64,000 nt of DNA, from positions 248,001 to 312,000 of the forward strand of contig MU058054.1 of NCBI GenBank assembly GCA_013265495.1. The letters run 5' to 3'. Source of the stretch: Vicugna vicugna (taxonomy: Eukaryota). How positions within the stretch are numbered: the stretch's first letter is position 1; each line of letters opens with the position of its first letter. Made by a program: the position numbers and the translations under genes. Under the pieces are notes generated by a model. It was not told the origin of the DNA, searched no databases, and was given only the letters and a program-made list of their open reading frames with translations. Of this stretch, positions 37,401-51,580 are shown piece by piece.

Positions 37401-38214
37401 TCGAGGGAGGGGTGGGAGTCGGCACACGGGCAGGGGGATGGTGGCTGAGGTGGCATCCTGGGCAGCGGGAAGAGCTCATTCCTGCCCCTCTGTGTTCCAG
37501 GTCTCAGTCCTCCATGACCCTGAAGGCAAGGGCAGCTTGGCCTCGGGGCTGTCAAGGGCAACTAGGGGGATGACCGAGCCTAAATGGGCCAAAGAGGGCC
37601 CTGCCCACCAGGCAGAGGCGTCTTTGCAGGAGAGCCCTCAGGGGTCGCCCAGCTCCCCATCTTCCCAAGACTGAACCACAGAGGAACTTAGACCTTGGGG
37701 CCAACCCAGAGCTGGGGTGTTAGGCCTGGCGCCCACCAGTGAGTGGGCCCCAGGGGCTCCATGAACCATAAGTTGTGGACAACACTGTGCGTTTGTATGT
37801 GTGTGGGTGCACATTATTCTCGGGCAATGGTCTGCCACTTCCGTGGGATGCTCGTGGTGGTCCATGGCCCCAAAGGGCAAGAACCCCGGTTCGGGAACAT
37901 CAGGGCTGGGAGGAACTCCAGGATTCCGCAGAATCAACCCCTGCATTTACCGATGAGGAAACCGAGGCTCAGATGGAGGCGTGCTTTGTCCAAGGTCACC
38001 CTGGAAGCTGCTCTCCAGGTCCAGGGCCTCGACACACCCTCTAGAGCAGTGTTTCTCAGTGCCGTGGGAGGGGGCCCTGCCTCTGTGTCCCGGGGGTGCC
38101 CACCGAGCAGATCCCTCGGCTTCACTCCAAAGGAACTGATACATCAGAGTTTGTGCGCAAACTGTTCCAGAGGACAGGGTACATGTGTGCTCACATATAC
38201 ACATGCAGTGCTTG

Positions 38215-38420
38215 TGGAGCTGACTTCTGGAGCCACGGTTAAGAGTGTGGCTCTGAGTTCCAAAGGGTACTTTGCTACTAACTTGCTGGGTGTCCTTGGG
38301 CAAGTCTCTTGGCCTCTCTGCGCTTTGGTTTCTCCATCTGTAAAATGGGCAGACTAATGATACACCTACCTCGTGTGATTGATGCAGAGATTAAACAAGA
38401 CAAAGTAAGCTCTCAGCACA
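38215..38420 (+). mobile_element. MIR SINE (representative; other MIR fragments at about 5230, 6540, 11150, 15520, 28170, 30690, 34140, 43810, 60330, 61100)
   Basis: ccttgggcaagtctctt..tctccatctgtaaaatggg MIR core. Confidence 0.75.
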
Positions 38421-40489
38421 GGGCTGGCAGGGGACTCCTGCTCATTTTCCTTCCTTCCCCTGGCTTAGGGCTGGGGGACAGGCTGGCTGGGCATATCTCC
38501 TCAAAGCAAGGATGAACTTCACGTCTAGGTGGTGGCTGGCTCACGTTCTGGGCTGGGCAGGCCCTGGGGAGCACCCTTCCTTGAAAAGTCTATAACACAT
38601 GCCCCTTGCAGCTCTCTGTGAGCACTGACCCAGGGAGCAGCCGCCTTGATGGGCCGGGCCTCACCCACCCTGGGACCTTCCCAGCCCCAGGGACGCAGCA
38701 GGCACTCAGTAAGGGGGTGGACGCTCTGCCTGACGCCCAGGGGCAGCTGGAGGCCTCTACCACCTTGAAAAGCATTACCAAGAACATGACAACTCTGCCC
38801 CACGAAACAAAAGGATGCCTCACGTGGGCTGAGCCCTTCATGGGCAAAGTACTGTGCAGCGCTGGGAATCACAGCCCTGCCACTTGCCACTCTGCCCAAA
38901 AACGCTTACTGGGCACCTGTGAGGTGAGACTCTATTCTTGGCACTGGGACGGGGGTCGGGGGGTAGGTACAATGTGAAGAAAACAGAAACAGACCAGAGT
39001 CTGCCCTTGTGCATCTGCAGCTCAGCCTTCCCCCAGCTCCCACCACGGTCATTTTTCCATTTGGCAGGAGGATGGGGAGAGGGGTCGCAGAGAAGGCACA
39101 CCTGCATCTTAAGCTTCTTGGCCAGGAAGCAACGCACCATCTGCTTCAACTGACAAGAACCAGTCCCGTGGCCCTTGTGAAATGCAAGGGGGCCTGGGAG
39201 GTGTGGTCTGGGGCCGGTCAGAGGCTTCCCCACAGCCCTACACTCTGGAGGGAGCGCTTCAGGGGTCAGTGGGTGTCTCTGCTGTGGCCCTGAGCGGGGA
39301 GGGTGCTGGGTTGTTCAAGGACCAGTAAGGGGGCCAGGCGGCCGGAGTGCAGCGGGAGTTGGGGGTGATGGGAGCTGAGGTCAGAGATAATGGGGCAGAC
39401 TGCACAGGGGCCATTGCTGGGTCTCTGACTTGTCTTCCGAGCCAGCTGGAGTCCCTGGAGGGGCCACGCCGGGAGGGCCATGACCCGCCTCCTTTGAACT
39501 GGCTCCCCCTAGTGTCTGTGGAGAATAGACCGCAGGGGGCAGGTGGGAGCAGGAGCCTGGTAAGGAGGCTGCCGCCGCAGTGGTCCAGGTGCCTTGGATG
39601 CGGATGGGAAGCAGTGACATCAGGACACTTTGAAGGCAAAGACAACAGGACTTCCAGGTGGGCCGTGAAGGACAAAGGCGGCAAGGCCACGCCCCAGGGT
39701 GTCAGACTGGACCCTGGGAGGATGGAGATGGGAAAGTGGTGGAGGAAGTGAGCTTCTGGATGTGTGTGTGGCATCCGGAGGTTGCTTCTGGCTGTGCTGG
39801 GAAGTCACTTAGACCTCCAAGCGGGAACCTGAGCCTCACTGAGACTCAGTTCCTCACCTGTAAAATGGCGGTAACACACTCACCTGTCGGCTCACTGAGA
39901 GGGTTACCTGACAGGATGGCTGTGAGTGGCCGGAGGTGAATGAGGTTCGCTGGGTGTGGGGTCAAGGGCAGGGAGGGGCAGCCTGCTGTGGAGAGGAGAG
40001 GTGGTGGGGTGTGGGGGTGGCAGGGAAGAAGGGCCTCTCAGAACCACCTGGGGCCTTTTGCCAACTCTTGGTCTCCTTCCTCACCCACGGCCCCAGGTCA
40101 GATCACTGCTGGGACTTCCTGGTCCTAGAGGGTGGGGACAGACCAACTCCAGCCCAGCAGGGAGCACATGCCGGGGGTCCTGAGAGCTCAGCTCCCGTGC
40201 TGGCTTGGCCACTCCTCGCGGTGGGTGGGACTTGGTTCAGGGGCCTCCATGCCTGAGTTTTTCATCTGTCAAACGAGCCGGGCCACGGGCCTCATCATGA
40301 AACTGCGGGAAGCACTCCCAAAGCTTGCAGGTCCCCGGGGAAGGGCAGGCCCAGCCCAGGGGGCTGGCACTGCCACACACATTCCCACTGAAATGAGGTC
40401 CCCCACCCCATCCCCGCCCCTGGGTGGGTCACAGACTCCCCGCGCAGCCCAGCCCTCATGGGGGGAGGCGGTCACAGAGCAGTAACACT

Positions 40490-40495
40490 TTTATT
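40490..40495 (-). terminator. MAP2K5: MAP2K5 polyadenylation signal
   Basis: AATAAA on the minus strand about 325 nt after the stop codon. Confidence 0.75.
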
Positions 40496-40818
40496 CCCAT
40501 CAGCGATGCCGACGGGGCCTGACCTTTTACAAACAAGAATGTTAGGGGAAAGAAAGAGGCGTGAGGGCACAGGGGCCTCCGTTCTCGATGCCCCGACGCC
40601 TCTGCCCACCCAGCCAGCCAGGCCTCCGGACCTGAGGCAGGTGAGGGCTCCCTGGAGGGCTCCCAAGGCAAGACCATCTACCAGCCGAGTCGAAGGTGAG
40701 AGCGGGGAGGCCTGGGTCCAGCAAAGCTCTTCTGGCGCAGACAGCAAACGGAGAAGGGCGCAGAAGGTGGCGTTTCCCTTGGTAACCAGTCCTGGGCTCT
40801 CGGGCGCCCCCTGCAGCC

Positions 40819-40923
40819 TCAGGGCGGGCCCTGCTGGCTGCGCCTCTCCTCCAGCGCCCTGCACACCCACATGGACACCACGGTGGCATTCCCATCGTTG
40901 AACTGCACGATGAACGGGTGGCC
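40819..40923 (-). CDS. MAP2K5: MAP2K5 (MEK5) last coding exon. Upstream exons were not found in the window, so 40924-64000 is taken as intron.
   Basis: cttccccacag|GGC; GHPFIVQFNDGNATVVSMWVCRALEERRSQQGPP*, 105 nt, matching the recalled MEK5 C-terminus. Confidence 0.93.
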   Translation of the reverse strand, partial: GHPFIVQFNDGNATVVSMWVCRALEERRSQQGPP

Positions 40924-43900
40924 CTGTGGGGAAGAGGAGGAAGCGGTGATACCCATTCCCCAGACTCTGCACCTCACACTTTCCAAGGCCTGTTCTCAGC
41001 CTTCCCCAGCGGCCCTGTGAAGTGAGGAGGGCAGCTCCAGCCCCGTTCCACAGCCCAGACCGAGGCCCGAGGCGGAGCATGGACAAGCCCGTCTGGGGCG
41101 CTCACTCAGCCTGGTGCTCCGCTACCCTCTCCTGAAACTCCAGCCGGCCTGGAAGGTCCCCAGGACTGTGGGCCCGTCTTAACTCCTCACCGCCTGGCCC
41201 TTCCTCAGCCCAGCATCGCTGTAACAGCCGGCCAGTGAGGCCTGGCTCCTGAGTTGCCAGCGGTCCAGTCCAGCTGCTGCCCAGAGACGAGGATCACCTG
41301 GTTTTCAGAGGCTGCATCAACCCCTCCCAGCTTTCTTTTTTGTCTCAAGCTCTCCTGGGAACAAATCACCATCTCTGGGGTGGAGGGAAGGTAAAGAGTC
41401 AGGGAGAGGAAGGATGTGCTGGCTAAGCTCCTGGCGGGAAGCTGGGGACCGGGGACAGGATTTTGGAGGGCGACGCAGTCTCCCCGAGGCCATCTCGGGC
41501 TCCAACCTAATCAGCCCGCAGGCAGGCCAGGTTATATACTTAGTCAGCCCCCTCCCCTGCTGCCCTGGAAAGGAAGATGCCTGCTCCCAGTCTGAAGGCC
41601 TCCTCAGCAGATTCCAGGGAAGGTGGGAAGATAGCAGGGGTAGCCGCGGGCTCACCCTGGCCACAGGTCAAAGGTGAAAGGAAAATGGCAAAGCATTCTC
41701 TTCACTCTGCTTCCCCAAGTGCTTCTCTGCTAAGGAACGCACACCTGGCAGCCTCCTCCCCTACCAAAAGCTTTGTAGCCTGAGGCTCAGGGAGCCACGG
41801 TGGGCGGGCGAGCAGAGAGAATGGGGGACCCCAGCCCCTTCTCTCCCTTCCATCCAGCTCCAGCTTCCCCGCTCCCTCCTGCCTTCTGAGCCCTCCTTGG
41901 GTCCCCTCTGGCCTCCCCTCTGGCCAGGCTGGGCTTTTGAGGCAGCTTCCCTGTACATTCCAGTCTTGACCTGCAGCCCTGGGGTCAACCAGCCCCTGGC
42001 AACCTGCTTGAAGCCCCCAGCTGTCCCGCAAGGAGCTCGTCACACGGCTGGAAGCGACTGGGCCCAGGGCCCAGATGCCCAGGGTGCCCAGACCCTACTG
42101 TCTTTGGGAGCAGTCAAGGACCAGGGTAGGGGAGGGAAAGGCATGGCCAGACCTGAGATGTCTCTGAGGACGGGAAGGAAGGACATCCAGGCGTCCTCAC
42201 TCGGGGCTGATGCCGTGTCCCTTACCCAGTTTCCCCAATTCAGACAAGGAAAAATCAGCCCCAGAAGCATCCTGCACGGGTGTAGCTCACAGGCACACGG
42301 AACACTGTCAAGGGAGCAAGGAGGAAGGGAACTCGGCTTAGAGGATGCAAAGGGCACCCAACCCAGGGCAGGGCCTCACCAAGGCCACAGGGGAGCTGGG
42401 CCCGGTGCCCGGCTGGGTGTCCCGTGATCTGCACGAGGCTCCCAACACACCTGCAGGCCACCCCCCCCGCCCCCGGCAGGGAGCAGGTGCCCAGCGCAGG
42501 CTGCCGCGGGGGAAGGGCGCTGGGGGTCAGCTTGGGTGGATGCCCCGCAGGAGGCGCAGGCCTGGGTGGGGCTCCGTCTCGTTTCTCATATGCTGTCCCT
42601 CCCCCCACCCCAATATACATAACCCCACCTTGTGTGTGCCCCCCTAAACCGGGGCCTTGACAGAGGGGGCTCTTCCTGAAGTCAGTGTGCACGTTTCCTT
42701 TCCAGGAGGCTCAGAGGAGGCGACCTTGCGCCCTTCTGAAGAACAAAGGGAGAAGCTGTGCTCGGGAGCCGACGGGCCCCTCCCCCCCAGCCCGGGGTAG
42801 CACAGTGTCACTTTCCCAGAATGCCTGGTGACTTTGGGGGCCATATGCTCCATCTCTGTTATCATCTGTTCAGCAACAAGCAGAGCGGAACTGCAGGAGG
42901 GGAGAGAGGAGGCTCCTCCAGTTACGGGCAGGCTGCTGGCCGCACGGCAGGGAGCGCTGTGCCCAGGTGCCCGGGGCAGGGGAGGAGGAGAGGGTCGGCC
43001 TCCCCCGCTCTGGTGGAGACTCTGCCCCTTTCCTGCCCGCCTTGCCTGGGAGGCGACCCTCGTCTCCTGTGTACCCCTGATGCTCTAAACCACCCTGTAC
43101 GGGAGTGACCTAGACAAGCGGTTTTGTCCCCAGCCGCTGTTGAGGGGTTCGGGGGGCTGGGAAGGGGAACCCCAGCGGGAGGAAGAGAAGGGAGAGAGAC
43201 AGACACGGAGGGGAGACCCCAGCCTCTCCAGGCATCCTAGCTGTGCCAGGTGATCTTGGGAGCTGTAGGCTCCTGGCCCACTATGTGACAGACACACTGA
43301 GAAAGCCACTATGTGGGGAGTGAGCACGGAGAGTTGTAGAGAGGGAAGCAGAGTGGAGATGGCACTGTGGACCCCAGAGGCCAGGCCTGGCAGCATCTCT
43401 GTCTCCAGGGTCCCTGTGCACCTCACGATCTGGGGTGGAGGCACTGAGTCACATAGATGGGCACGACAACCCCCACTTTGCAGAAGAGGAAGTGGAGACC
43501 GCAGGCTCATGGTAGACCCGCCTGGGCTCCCACAGCTGGGACTGGATCACAAGTCTGTAACCCAAACCCACCACCTGGGGCTCTCCCTGGGCTGAACTGG
43601 GGCAGGCAGAGGCAGGAGAATCAACATCCAGGTTGCAATTCCCCCTCGCCTTATTTCTGCCACATGATTCAGGCCCGCCTGGCACGAGACAGGGTCCTGA
43701 CCTCTGTGAGCACCACCCTTGGGACACCCTGGGAGAACACTCTGTCGCTCTGACTTGACTCCCTCTCCTCCCATCAGCCCAGCCCTGTGTGGGAAGCAGG
43801 GAAAGTATACCATCACCCCATTTTACAGACGAGGAAACTGAGGCCTGGGGAGGGGATGTGACTGCTTAAGTGCTGGGGCTGAACTCCGGTCTTCTGGTTT

Positions 43901-46900
43901 CTGCTTTAGTACATTCTCAGGGTACATCACCTGTGACCCTGACGTGGTCCCATCTCCCTGGAGCCAGGACACCCACATCCTGCTCATGAAGAGCACCCCC
44001 CACGCGAGGTGACCACCCAGGACACCCAGGCCTCCGTCTTCTGCACAGACAGCGGGTTAGCCGCTCCTCTGCAGAGGCCGGTGGGGCGCGTGCCAGGCTG
44101 GAGCTGCTGAACCATCTCACTGGCCTCGTCACCCGGCAGTGGGAGCCACTCTCATTTCCCAGATTCTCTCAGGGCCAATTGCGACAATTAAACCGGCGAG
44201 GGTTGAAGTATAATGGTCCACAAACTTCGCCACAGAAGATGGAGACATAATGAAGGGAAAAGGATGGGATTGCAGGAGGCAGGATGGAGCCAAAAGTGGG
44301 ACACAGGGGAGAGCGAGGGAGGCGAGGCAACCCCCCCACCGCGGGCCGAGGAGCTGCCAGGGCTCGCCAGTAACTCGCGAAGAAGAGGAACCGGGTGGTC
44401 AGTCCATCTCCTCTCCTGGGCTGTAGTCTCACCAGAGTTTGGCTCCCCACTTACGTAATAACGTCTCCAAATGATGCCTGCCCGTTTCATACGAGATGCC
44501 TTCCTGACAACTGACCGCAGGACCTCCCTACGTGGACAGCAGCCCTTGGGCGCACAGGAGGTGGAGGCGGGGAGCCATCCGCCGGGGTGGGGGGCAGGTG
44601 CGGCCGGAGGCTGAGGCCAGGGCTCCTTCACTGACACCTCACTCTCTGCCTGTAGCTGGGCTTCGAGTTCCTTCCCAAATGGGAACTGACCTATTTGGGG
44701 TCTCTGCAGTTTCTTCTCTTGCACAAGCCCCTGAACAACTCTGTGCATGTGAATCACTTCATCACTTGCCAGTGTGGCTGCCGGCCTGCTGGAGCACCTG
44801 GCACGTAGTAGGGCCTCAATTAGCCGTAGGCTTGCGGCAGGGAAAAGTCACCTGCCGGTTCTGTCGGCATTTATTCACCGCGCCCTTCTGGCTGCCTTGG
44901 TTACAATGGCCTTGAACCGACCCAGCAGGCCCATTCACTGACAGAGGAAACCAAGACACCAGTAAGGGCGACCTGGGGCGAGGTCTCAGAGCGCAGAGTG
45001 GCAGAGTTGAGGCCTGAGCCCAGGACGGCGTTCTGCCACGGGGACACTGCACTGCTGTGCCCAGCGAGGTCGGGCACAGTGAGTTTTACATTTCCACTTC
45101 TTAAAAAGAAAATGTGGTTCATTATTTTTAACTAGTAATTTTTTAACCGGCAAACTGAAATTCTGCTGGCAAAAAGGCACACTGTATCCTCCCTCCTCAA
45201 AGTTGTGCCAGGTACTGCTAAATCAAGTAATTTATTTAATACTCATCAACTCTATTAAGAATTATATCGCACCCATTTTATAGAGGAGGAAGCTAAAGGC
45301 ACAGAAAGATGAAGGAATCTGTCCAGGACTGCAGTGCCTGAACGTGGCGTTTTCTCCAGAGCCCAAGCCCTCAGCTGCTATTCTGTCCGGCTTCACCAGC
45401 GCCAGGGCCGGAGGATGGTGGCGTTCACCCCGCAGGACAGCTGACCCTCAGAGCCGCAGAAGCAGGCAGCCAATAGCCCCAGCTTCCCTGGTTTTCGGTG
45501 GGTCTGGAATCTAAAGAAGCACAGGAAAGTGGAGGGAAAAATTTCCAGGGCTACAGAGACTACATACCCTAGAGATAAGGGAGGGAAAAAACAATGATAA
45601 ATAGGATGCCCGGCAGGCAGCACACTGCACCCCAAACCCAGGATCTGCTCGGCGGGGCCTTTCTCCACATCTCGTTCCAGCAGGTGCCATCTCTCCCAGA
45701 ACAGAGCCGTCCAAACAAGAGCACACCCTTGTTCTGCCGTCTTAGCATCATCTGAGTCCTTCTTATCCTTGCACGAGACTGGGAGCCACCTGAGGGCAGG
45801 GCAGTGCTAATCACAGAGGAACCACCAGGGGAAGTTGGTTGGATGGATGGGTAGGTTACGGTGCTTCCCAGGAGAGATGCACTGCAGATTGGGGTGGGCG
45901 GGCCCGGAGAGAAGGCTCCACGAGCGGAGGCCGCTCTAGGCTCCTCGGGGGCCTCTCTGGACCACAGGACTCCCCTCCCTCAGGACAAGCTCCAGTCACC
46001 AGGCACCTCCTCTCCCACCAAGGATGCTGCAGGGGACAGAATGCCAAGGACCCACGAGTCCACTGAAGCAAGAAAGCCCAGCCCAGCTGCACCCTGGCCA
46101 AGTCAAAACCAAATAGAGACCAACAGGCACTCCAGCAAGGTGCAGGGCCAGGCCCGCCATCAGCGGACGTCCGAGGCAAGGCAAGAGACACCTGAGAGGC
46201 CAGAGGGCCCGATGCCCACGCACTGCTCATCACTTCGCCTTCCCGCGCTGGGCCTGGGAGCCTTACTCGAAGGCTCTCTGTGTCCCTTTGGGGGTCCAGC
46301 CTTCGTGGCAGGGGTAACACTTTGTTCCTCTCTCGGCAATAGTGTAGGCTTGGCAGGATTGGATGGGACCCCAGAGACAAGCAGGGCCGTAAGGTGTGAG
46401 GTGTGTTGGGGCTTCTACAGATGTTTGACTCAAATTATTAAGATATTTTAAGCTATACTTGTTAAAAAAAACTAATTAAAAAAGAACATATACACTCAAC
46501 TGTGTTCAACTCTAAATGTGACACTGAACAGTGGCCACATGTCGCCCGGCATTGCGATGTTAACCGGTTTTCTGCAGCCCTTAGAACAGTCAGCCTGCTT
46601 GTGAGATCTCTGGGAATGACTGACTTGCTTATCCCCGAGCTGGCCCCTGGGAAGACTGTGGTGGTGCGCTGGGCATCTGACAGAACGCAGGGCTGTGATG
46701 TCCACGCACATTGCACGTAGCTATAAAACTGTGCGTACCACACCGGGGCCGGGTGCACTGAGCCCACAGCGCATGTGTGTCTGCCCAGCCGGGGGTGTGG
46801 GTCAGGCCCGCTCTGGAGTGTCCAGTGGCGTCAGCTTGGAGTCTCTCTTGTCTGACCTCCTGATTTACCATAAGCAAGTCATAAACAGCCACTACTGCTG

Positions 46901-49900
46901 CCAGCAACGAAACTCTACCATATCTTTCCTGCTCTTCCTTTTTCAAGCTTCTATATGAGTTTAACAAATGCCTAAGCTGAGAAGGCAAGCAGGTGAGTCA
47001 GGATTTCTTTGCTACGGGGCTCCTAAGACGGCATCACAGAGAAGCAGAACGCTGGTGCGGATATCGGACTGTGTCCATCACCTATGACGCCGGCTCCCAG
47101 ATTTGTGTGTCCTTCAAGAGAAGTCTCACGGATGCCTTTATAAAGAAGTGTCTACAACGAATACTACCACATTCATGCTAAAAAACACCCCCACTTCCCT
47201 CCGCTATGTTGAGTTTCTGTATCCATTTTACGTAAAAAGCATTCCACTGCAAAAGTTTCCATACTACCCATCTAATCCCTACCTACCCCGGAGAGAACAT
47301 CGGATCAGAGAAGTTAAATAATGTAGAGAAGGACGCACAGGTGTCCAGTGTGTGCCAAGCTGCTGACAAGTGGCGGGGCAGTGGGCAGCCGTCCTATTAA
47401 TCACACGAGCTAGTAAGTCACGACCGTCCCTGGGGTCGGCTCTTCCTTCCAGGCTGGGATCCCCTGGGCTAATCAACGGGGAGTCAGGGAAGGAGGGGGC
47501 TGGGGTTGAGGCTGCAGGGGAGCCCCCCAGGGTGGCTCTACAGGGAGAAGCGAGGCCCCTCCACAGCAATCCTTCCACCTGCCCCAGTGTGGGGTGAGGA
47601 GCCCCGGACTGAGTCAGCAAGCCTTCCCTCGCCATCCCGGGAGTTGTGAGGGCTTGGGAAGGGCTAGAGGGGAACCCCGACTCCCCGGCTCCATCCTTCC
47701 CCGGGGAGGGACTCACGCCGTCATTTCGCGTCTAAGCCCCGCCCCCGGCGGGGAGTGGCCACGCTGGGAGCGCGTTCCCGCAGGGAGGCTGCTCACCTCC
47801 CGGCTCTGAGATCAAGTCCCAGCAAGGCCCGTCAGGCCACACCCCTAAGCACACCCTTCAACTCAGATTTCGTCGAAGTAAAGCTGACGCTTCCTCTCCG
47901 TCATGTCCTGAGGCTTCTCGCTCAGCTTCTCAGCTGGTTTTGAACACGGGGAGGTTGCTTGCTGGCCTCCCCGCTCCCACCGAATACCCTTGCTCGCTCT
48001 GCCTCCTGGGTGGGTTGGGGGATTGCCTGTCGGCAGACACACGCTGGGCGTGAGTGATGGCTGTTACTCCTCCACGCAGAATGCACCTGGGGGAGCTGCC
48101 GTGAGATGTGGGCGTGGAGCGTGGCCTGTGAGCCAGCGTGGCATCTGCCCACCTGCCCAGCCCGGCTCACCTGGGCCGATGCCCCAGATGCAAAGCTTTC
48201 TGGGGCACCACGTTTGTTTGGAAAATGTGCCTGCTCAGCCTCTGATTCCTAAGGCTTTTCCATGGCTGGGGGTCGGGGCCCCCTTCCAGCCCTTCATTTT
48301 CTTTTTAAGACCTCAGAAACCGTTTGCAGCTGTGACATGCCATTTCAATCAACCTTCCTGAGTTTATTCTGCACAATGGCTACCGAAATAGATGTTTTGT
48401 CCCAAATATTCAATTATTAGCAGCAAATTGCTTACCTCGCCATCCTAGACGGTACACAGGCATCTGTGGGGGTCAAGGAGCTCTCTCCCTTTCATCTGGG
48501 CAGATCTATGTGCTCCGACACAGAGTAATTGGTCAGAAAATGGCCCATCGGGAGAGCAGAGGTCTCTGTGAGTCATTCTGCGGCCCGTGTGTACAGGCCC
48601 GGAACAGTGGGGGGCGGGGAGGGGGCACAGGATGATTTCAGTGGCCACCGTGAAGAGGGTAAACACTGGGACGCCAGCACTCATGAGTGTGTGTTGGAGG
48701 AGCTGACTCATGTGAGTGGCTGAATGGTGCCACCAGCCCTGTTAGGGGGCCTGTGGTGGCTGCCTTGTAGGGGACTCAGATGGGACTGGTGGGGTGGGCA
48801 GGCAGCAGCCTGGGACTGAGCAGACACCCAGGCAAGTCAGGATGTGAGGGTGCCAGAAGGAGAGTGGGGGCCTTGCTCCAATAATGCTGAGGACTCCTGT
48901 CCGAGAGGCCGAATCTGCAGCAGGTCCAAGCAGTGAATACGGGGGCCAGTTATAGGCATTTGAATATTCACAATTTATCCTTTGGTGTGATGGTTACGGG
49001 GTGGTGAAGGTTTAAAGACACAATGCTCAGAAGGATGGATTCTCTCTGCCCTCTTTTTTCTTCCTCTTCCTTTCTTAAACTCTGAGACCTGGGCTGTGTG
49101 TGTAGGTGCATGTGTATGCACGCACATGTGGGCATGTGAGTGTGCAGAAGGGGAGGGAAGAGACGGCGAGCCCCAGCAGTTTCTGGCCACATAGTGGGCG
49201 CTCAGTAGGTTTGCTGAACATAACAGGATGGAGTAATTCCGACAGCGAGTGAATGAAGAGATGACAAGAGACTGAGACAGCCTAAAAGCCCTCCCCGCGA
49301 CAAACTCCGAGCCATCCCAGATAAAATGGAACTTTTTTGAAAAAAGCATAATAAATGAACTCGTAAGAAAGAAGGAGATCTACAAGTGCCAAAAATGAAG
49401 AGGGAGCTGAAAACCAGAAGTAGAAATGTGTGAGTGGAGATCTTGTGCCCTGAGGGAGGCTGTCGGTCCCAGGAATGTAAGACGTGGGAAGTGTGAAGAA
49501 TTAAGTGGAAGCAGGATGCAAGGCCCACCTGGGGTGCTGGCCTGGGACCCTGAGCAAGGCTGAAGCTGCAGTGGGAGTGAGTGAGCAAAAGTCTGCCCAT
49601 CAGCAGAGGGGCTGCTGTGTAAGGTGGCTCTGAGAGGGCCACCCCAAAATACAGAGAGCAGGCTGAGCCTCGTGCACGGTGGGGTCCCCTGGACCACTGT
49701 GGCAGGATGAGGATGAAAGGCCACAAACTAGCGTAACATTGATGCTGATCCAGCAACAGTCTGGAGTGTGTCTCAGGAGCCTGCGAAAAACCACTCCGGG
49801 GCAACACTTCTGGAATTCAGCTGTTGCCTTGGTAATAAGCCCCACCTAGCATAAGCTTAAAATAGAAATTCCAAAATGTGAGGAAACAATTCACCATGGA

Positions 49901-50984
49901 CAAGAGTCAGCAGCCATGACACACAGATGAGAGCTCTCAGAACTGAGATAACAGAAAAATAATTGGGAAGAAAATGTTTTAAAAAGTACACTTGAAAAGA
50001 CTGAAGATACAAAAGAAGAAACTGAAACACTAAGAATGAGATATTATGACAAAGAGAACAGAGATTTGAAAAAAAAAATCAAATACACCTTACAAAAATA
50101 ACACATATAGTGACTGGAAAAAAACAAAAGAAACTCTTCATACAAGAGGCAGACAGCAGGTTGGACACAGCTGAGGAGAGGCTTAGCAAGCTGGAAGAAT
50201 GGCCTGAGAAAATTACCCAGAGCAGTACGAAGTAGCAAGAGATAAACTAACAAAACAAAACAAAAAATAAAATAAGACAAAATTTTTTTTTAATGTGAAA
50301 GAGAAAAGGAGGAAAGAACAGGAAGTGCCCAGACCCAGCAGGGTAGGGACAATATCCAAAGAGGCAAACAGCCGAAAATTCTGAGAACTGGTGAAAGACA
50401 TGAATTTTCAGATTCAAAAGTCACAATGACCCCAAAGAGAATAAGTAAAACAAAACCTACACCCAGACAAATTGTGGGGAAACTGCACAAAACCAGGAAC
50501 AGAGATGCTACAAGCAACTAGAGAGAAAGACAAATTGCCCAGAAAGGGCAGCGGCTGGACAGCCAGCAGATTCTCACCAGCAAGTGGAGAAGCCAGAGGA
50601 CAACGGAGTATCTGCCAGGCCCTGGGAAAAGCTGTCAGTCTGAGCTTCTCAATGCAATTTAAATAAGAAGCAAGAGTTAGGGCGAATCCTGGGACACAAA
50701 CTCAGACAGTTTTACCCTCACTGACAGAACTCTCAACGTACCTCCAAAAGGAAGAGAAACCATAGCAGGAGGAAGAAAGATCGGACAGGAACGAGGAGCA
50801 CATAACTGGTAAACATGTGGATAAATTGCAGCAGGCCCTGATTATATAAAATGCCAACAAGAGAAATGGCTAAGTGGGAAGATCTAGAAACAAGATGACA
50901 GTGAGGTCCTAGGCTCTGATGATGTGACAGAGGAAGGGACTGATCAGACGCTTGTAGGGTCCTTCTGTCCGGGGGAGAGAGGCT

Positions 50985-51580
50985 GTGGCAGAGGCTGCTA
51001 GCTGCCTCTCAGTATCCACTCCCCCTTCCTCCTGAGTGATTCGAATCCTCATTTTAACAAGGAGCAGTGTCACCCAGCAAAGCAGCCATGTGCCCAGCCT
51101 CCCTTGCAGCTAGGTTTGGCCAATGCCATATGAGCACATATGCTGTGTGCCAATCCTAGAACTGTCCTCAAACGAAGGGGTGTTTCCACCACCCTTCCTC
51201 ATTCCTGCTGGCTGGAGCTCAAATGCCCCTTGGCTGGAAAGATAGAAGAAGCTGCCAGCTGGTCTGCATACCCTACTCCCTGCCTTCCTTTACATGTGTG
51301 GGAAATACCCTGCTGTCTTATTTAAGCTGCTTTTTAAACTTTTTTTTTTATTGAGTTATAGTCATTTTACAATGTTGTGTCAATTTCCAGTGTAGAGCAC
51401 AATTTTTCAGTTATACGTGAACATATATACATTCATTGTCACATTTTTTCCACTGTGAGCCACCACAAGATCTTGTATATATTTCCCTGTGCGATACAGT
51501 ATAATCTTCTTTATCTATTCTGCATATTTAAGCTGCTATTTGCTTTCATCATATGCAGCTGAAGCCAGTTCTACCTAATA
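50985..51580 (+). mobile_element. MaLR LTR (MLT1J-like) nested in the L1
   Basis: tgtggcagag..cccagcctcccttgcagctaggt..tttaagctgctattt..tgcagctgaagcc..cctaata. Confidence 0.6.
51332..51524 (-). mobile_element. Young 5'-truncated L1 3' end with a perfect 13-bp TSD
   Basis: TATTTAAGCTGCT at 51319-51331 and 51525-51537, poly(T) at the left end, body similar to the reverse complement of the L1 3'UTR at the window end. Confidence 0.85.

Noticed and set aside
45429..45450. Third RE1-like motif TTCACCCCGCAGGACAG
   Set aside because: Three mismatches in the left half-site.
46861..46885. PBX-HOX-like TGATTTAC next to GTCATAAA (TGATTTAC also at 6967 and 53940)
   Set aside because: About two chance hits of an 8-mer are expected in 64 kb on both strands. 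Not supportable without conservation data.
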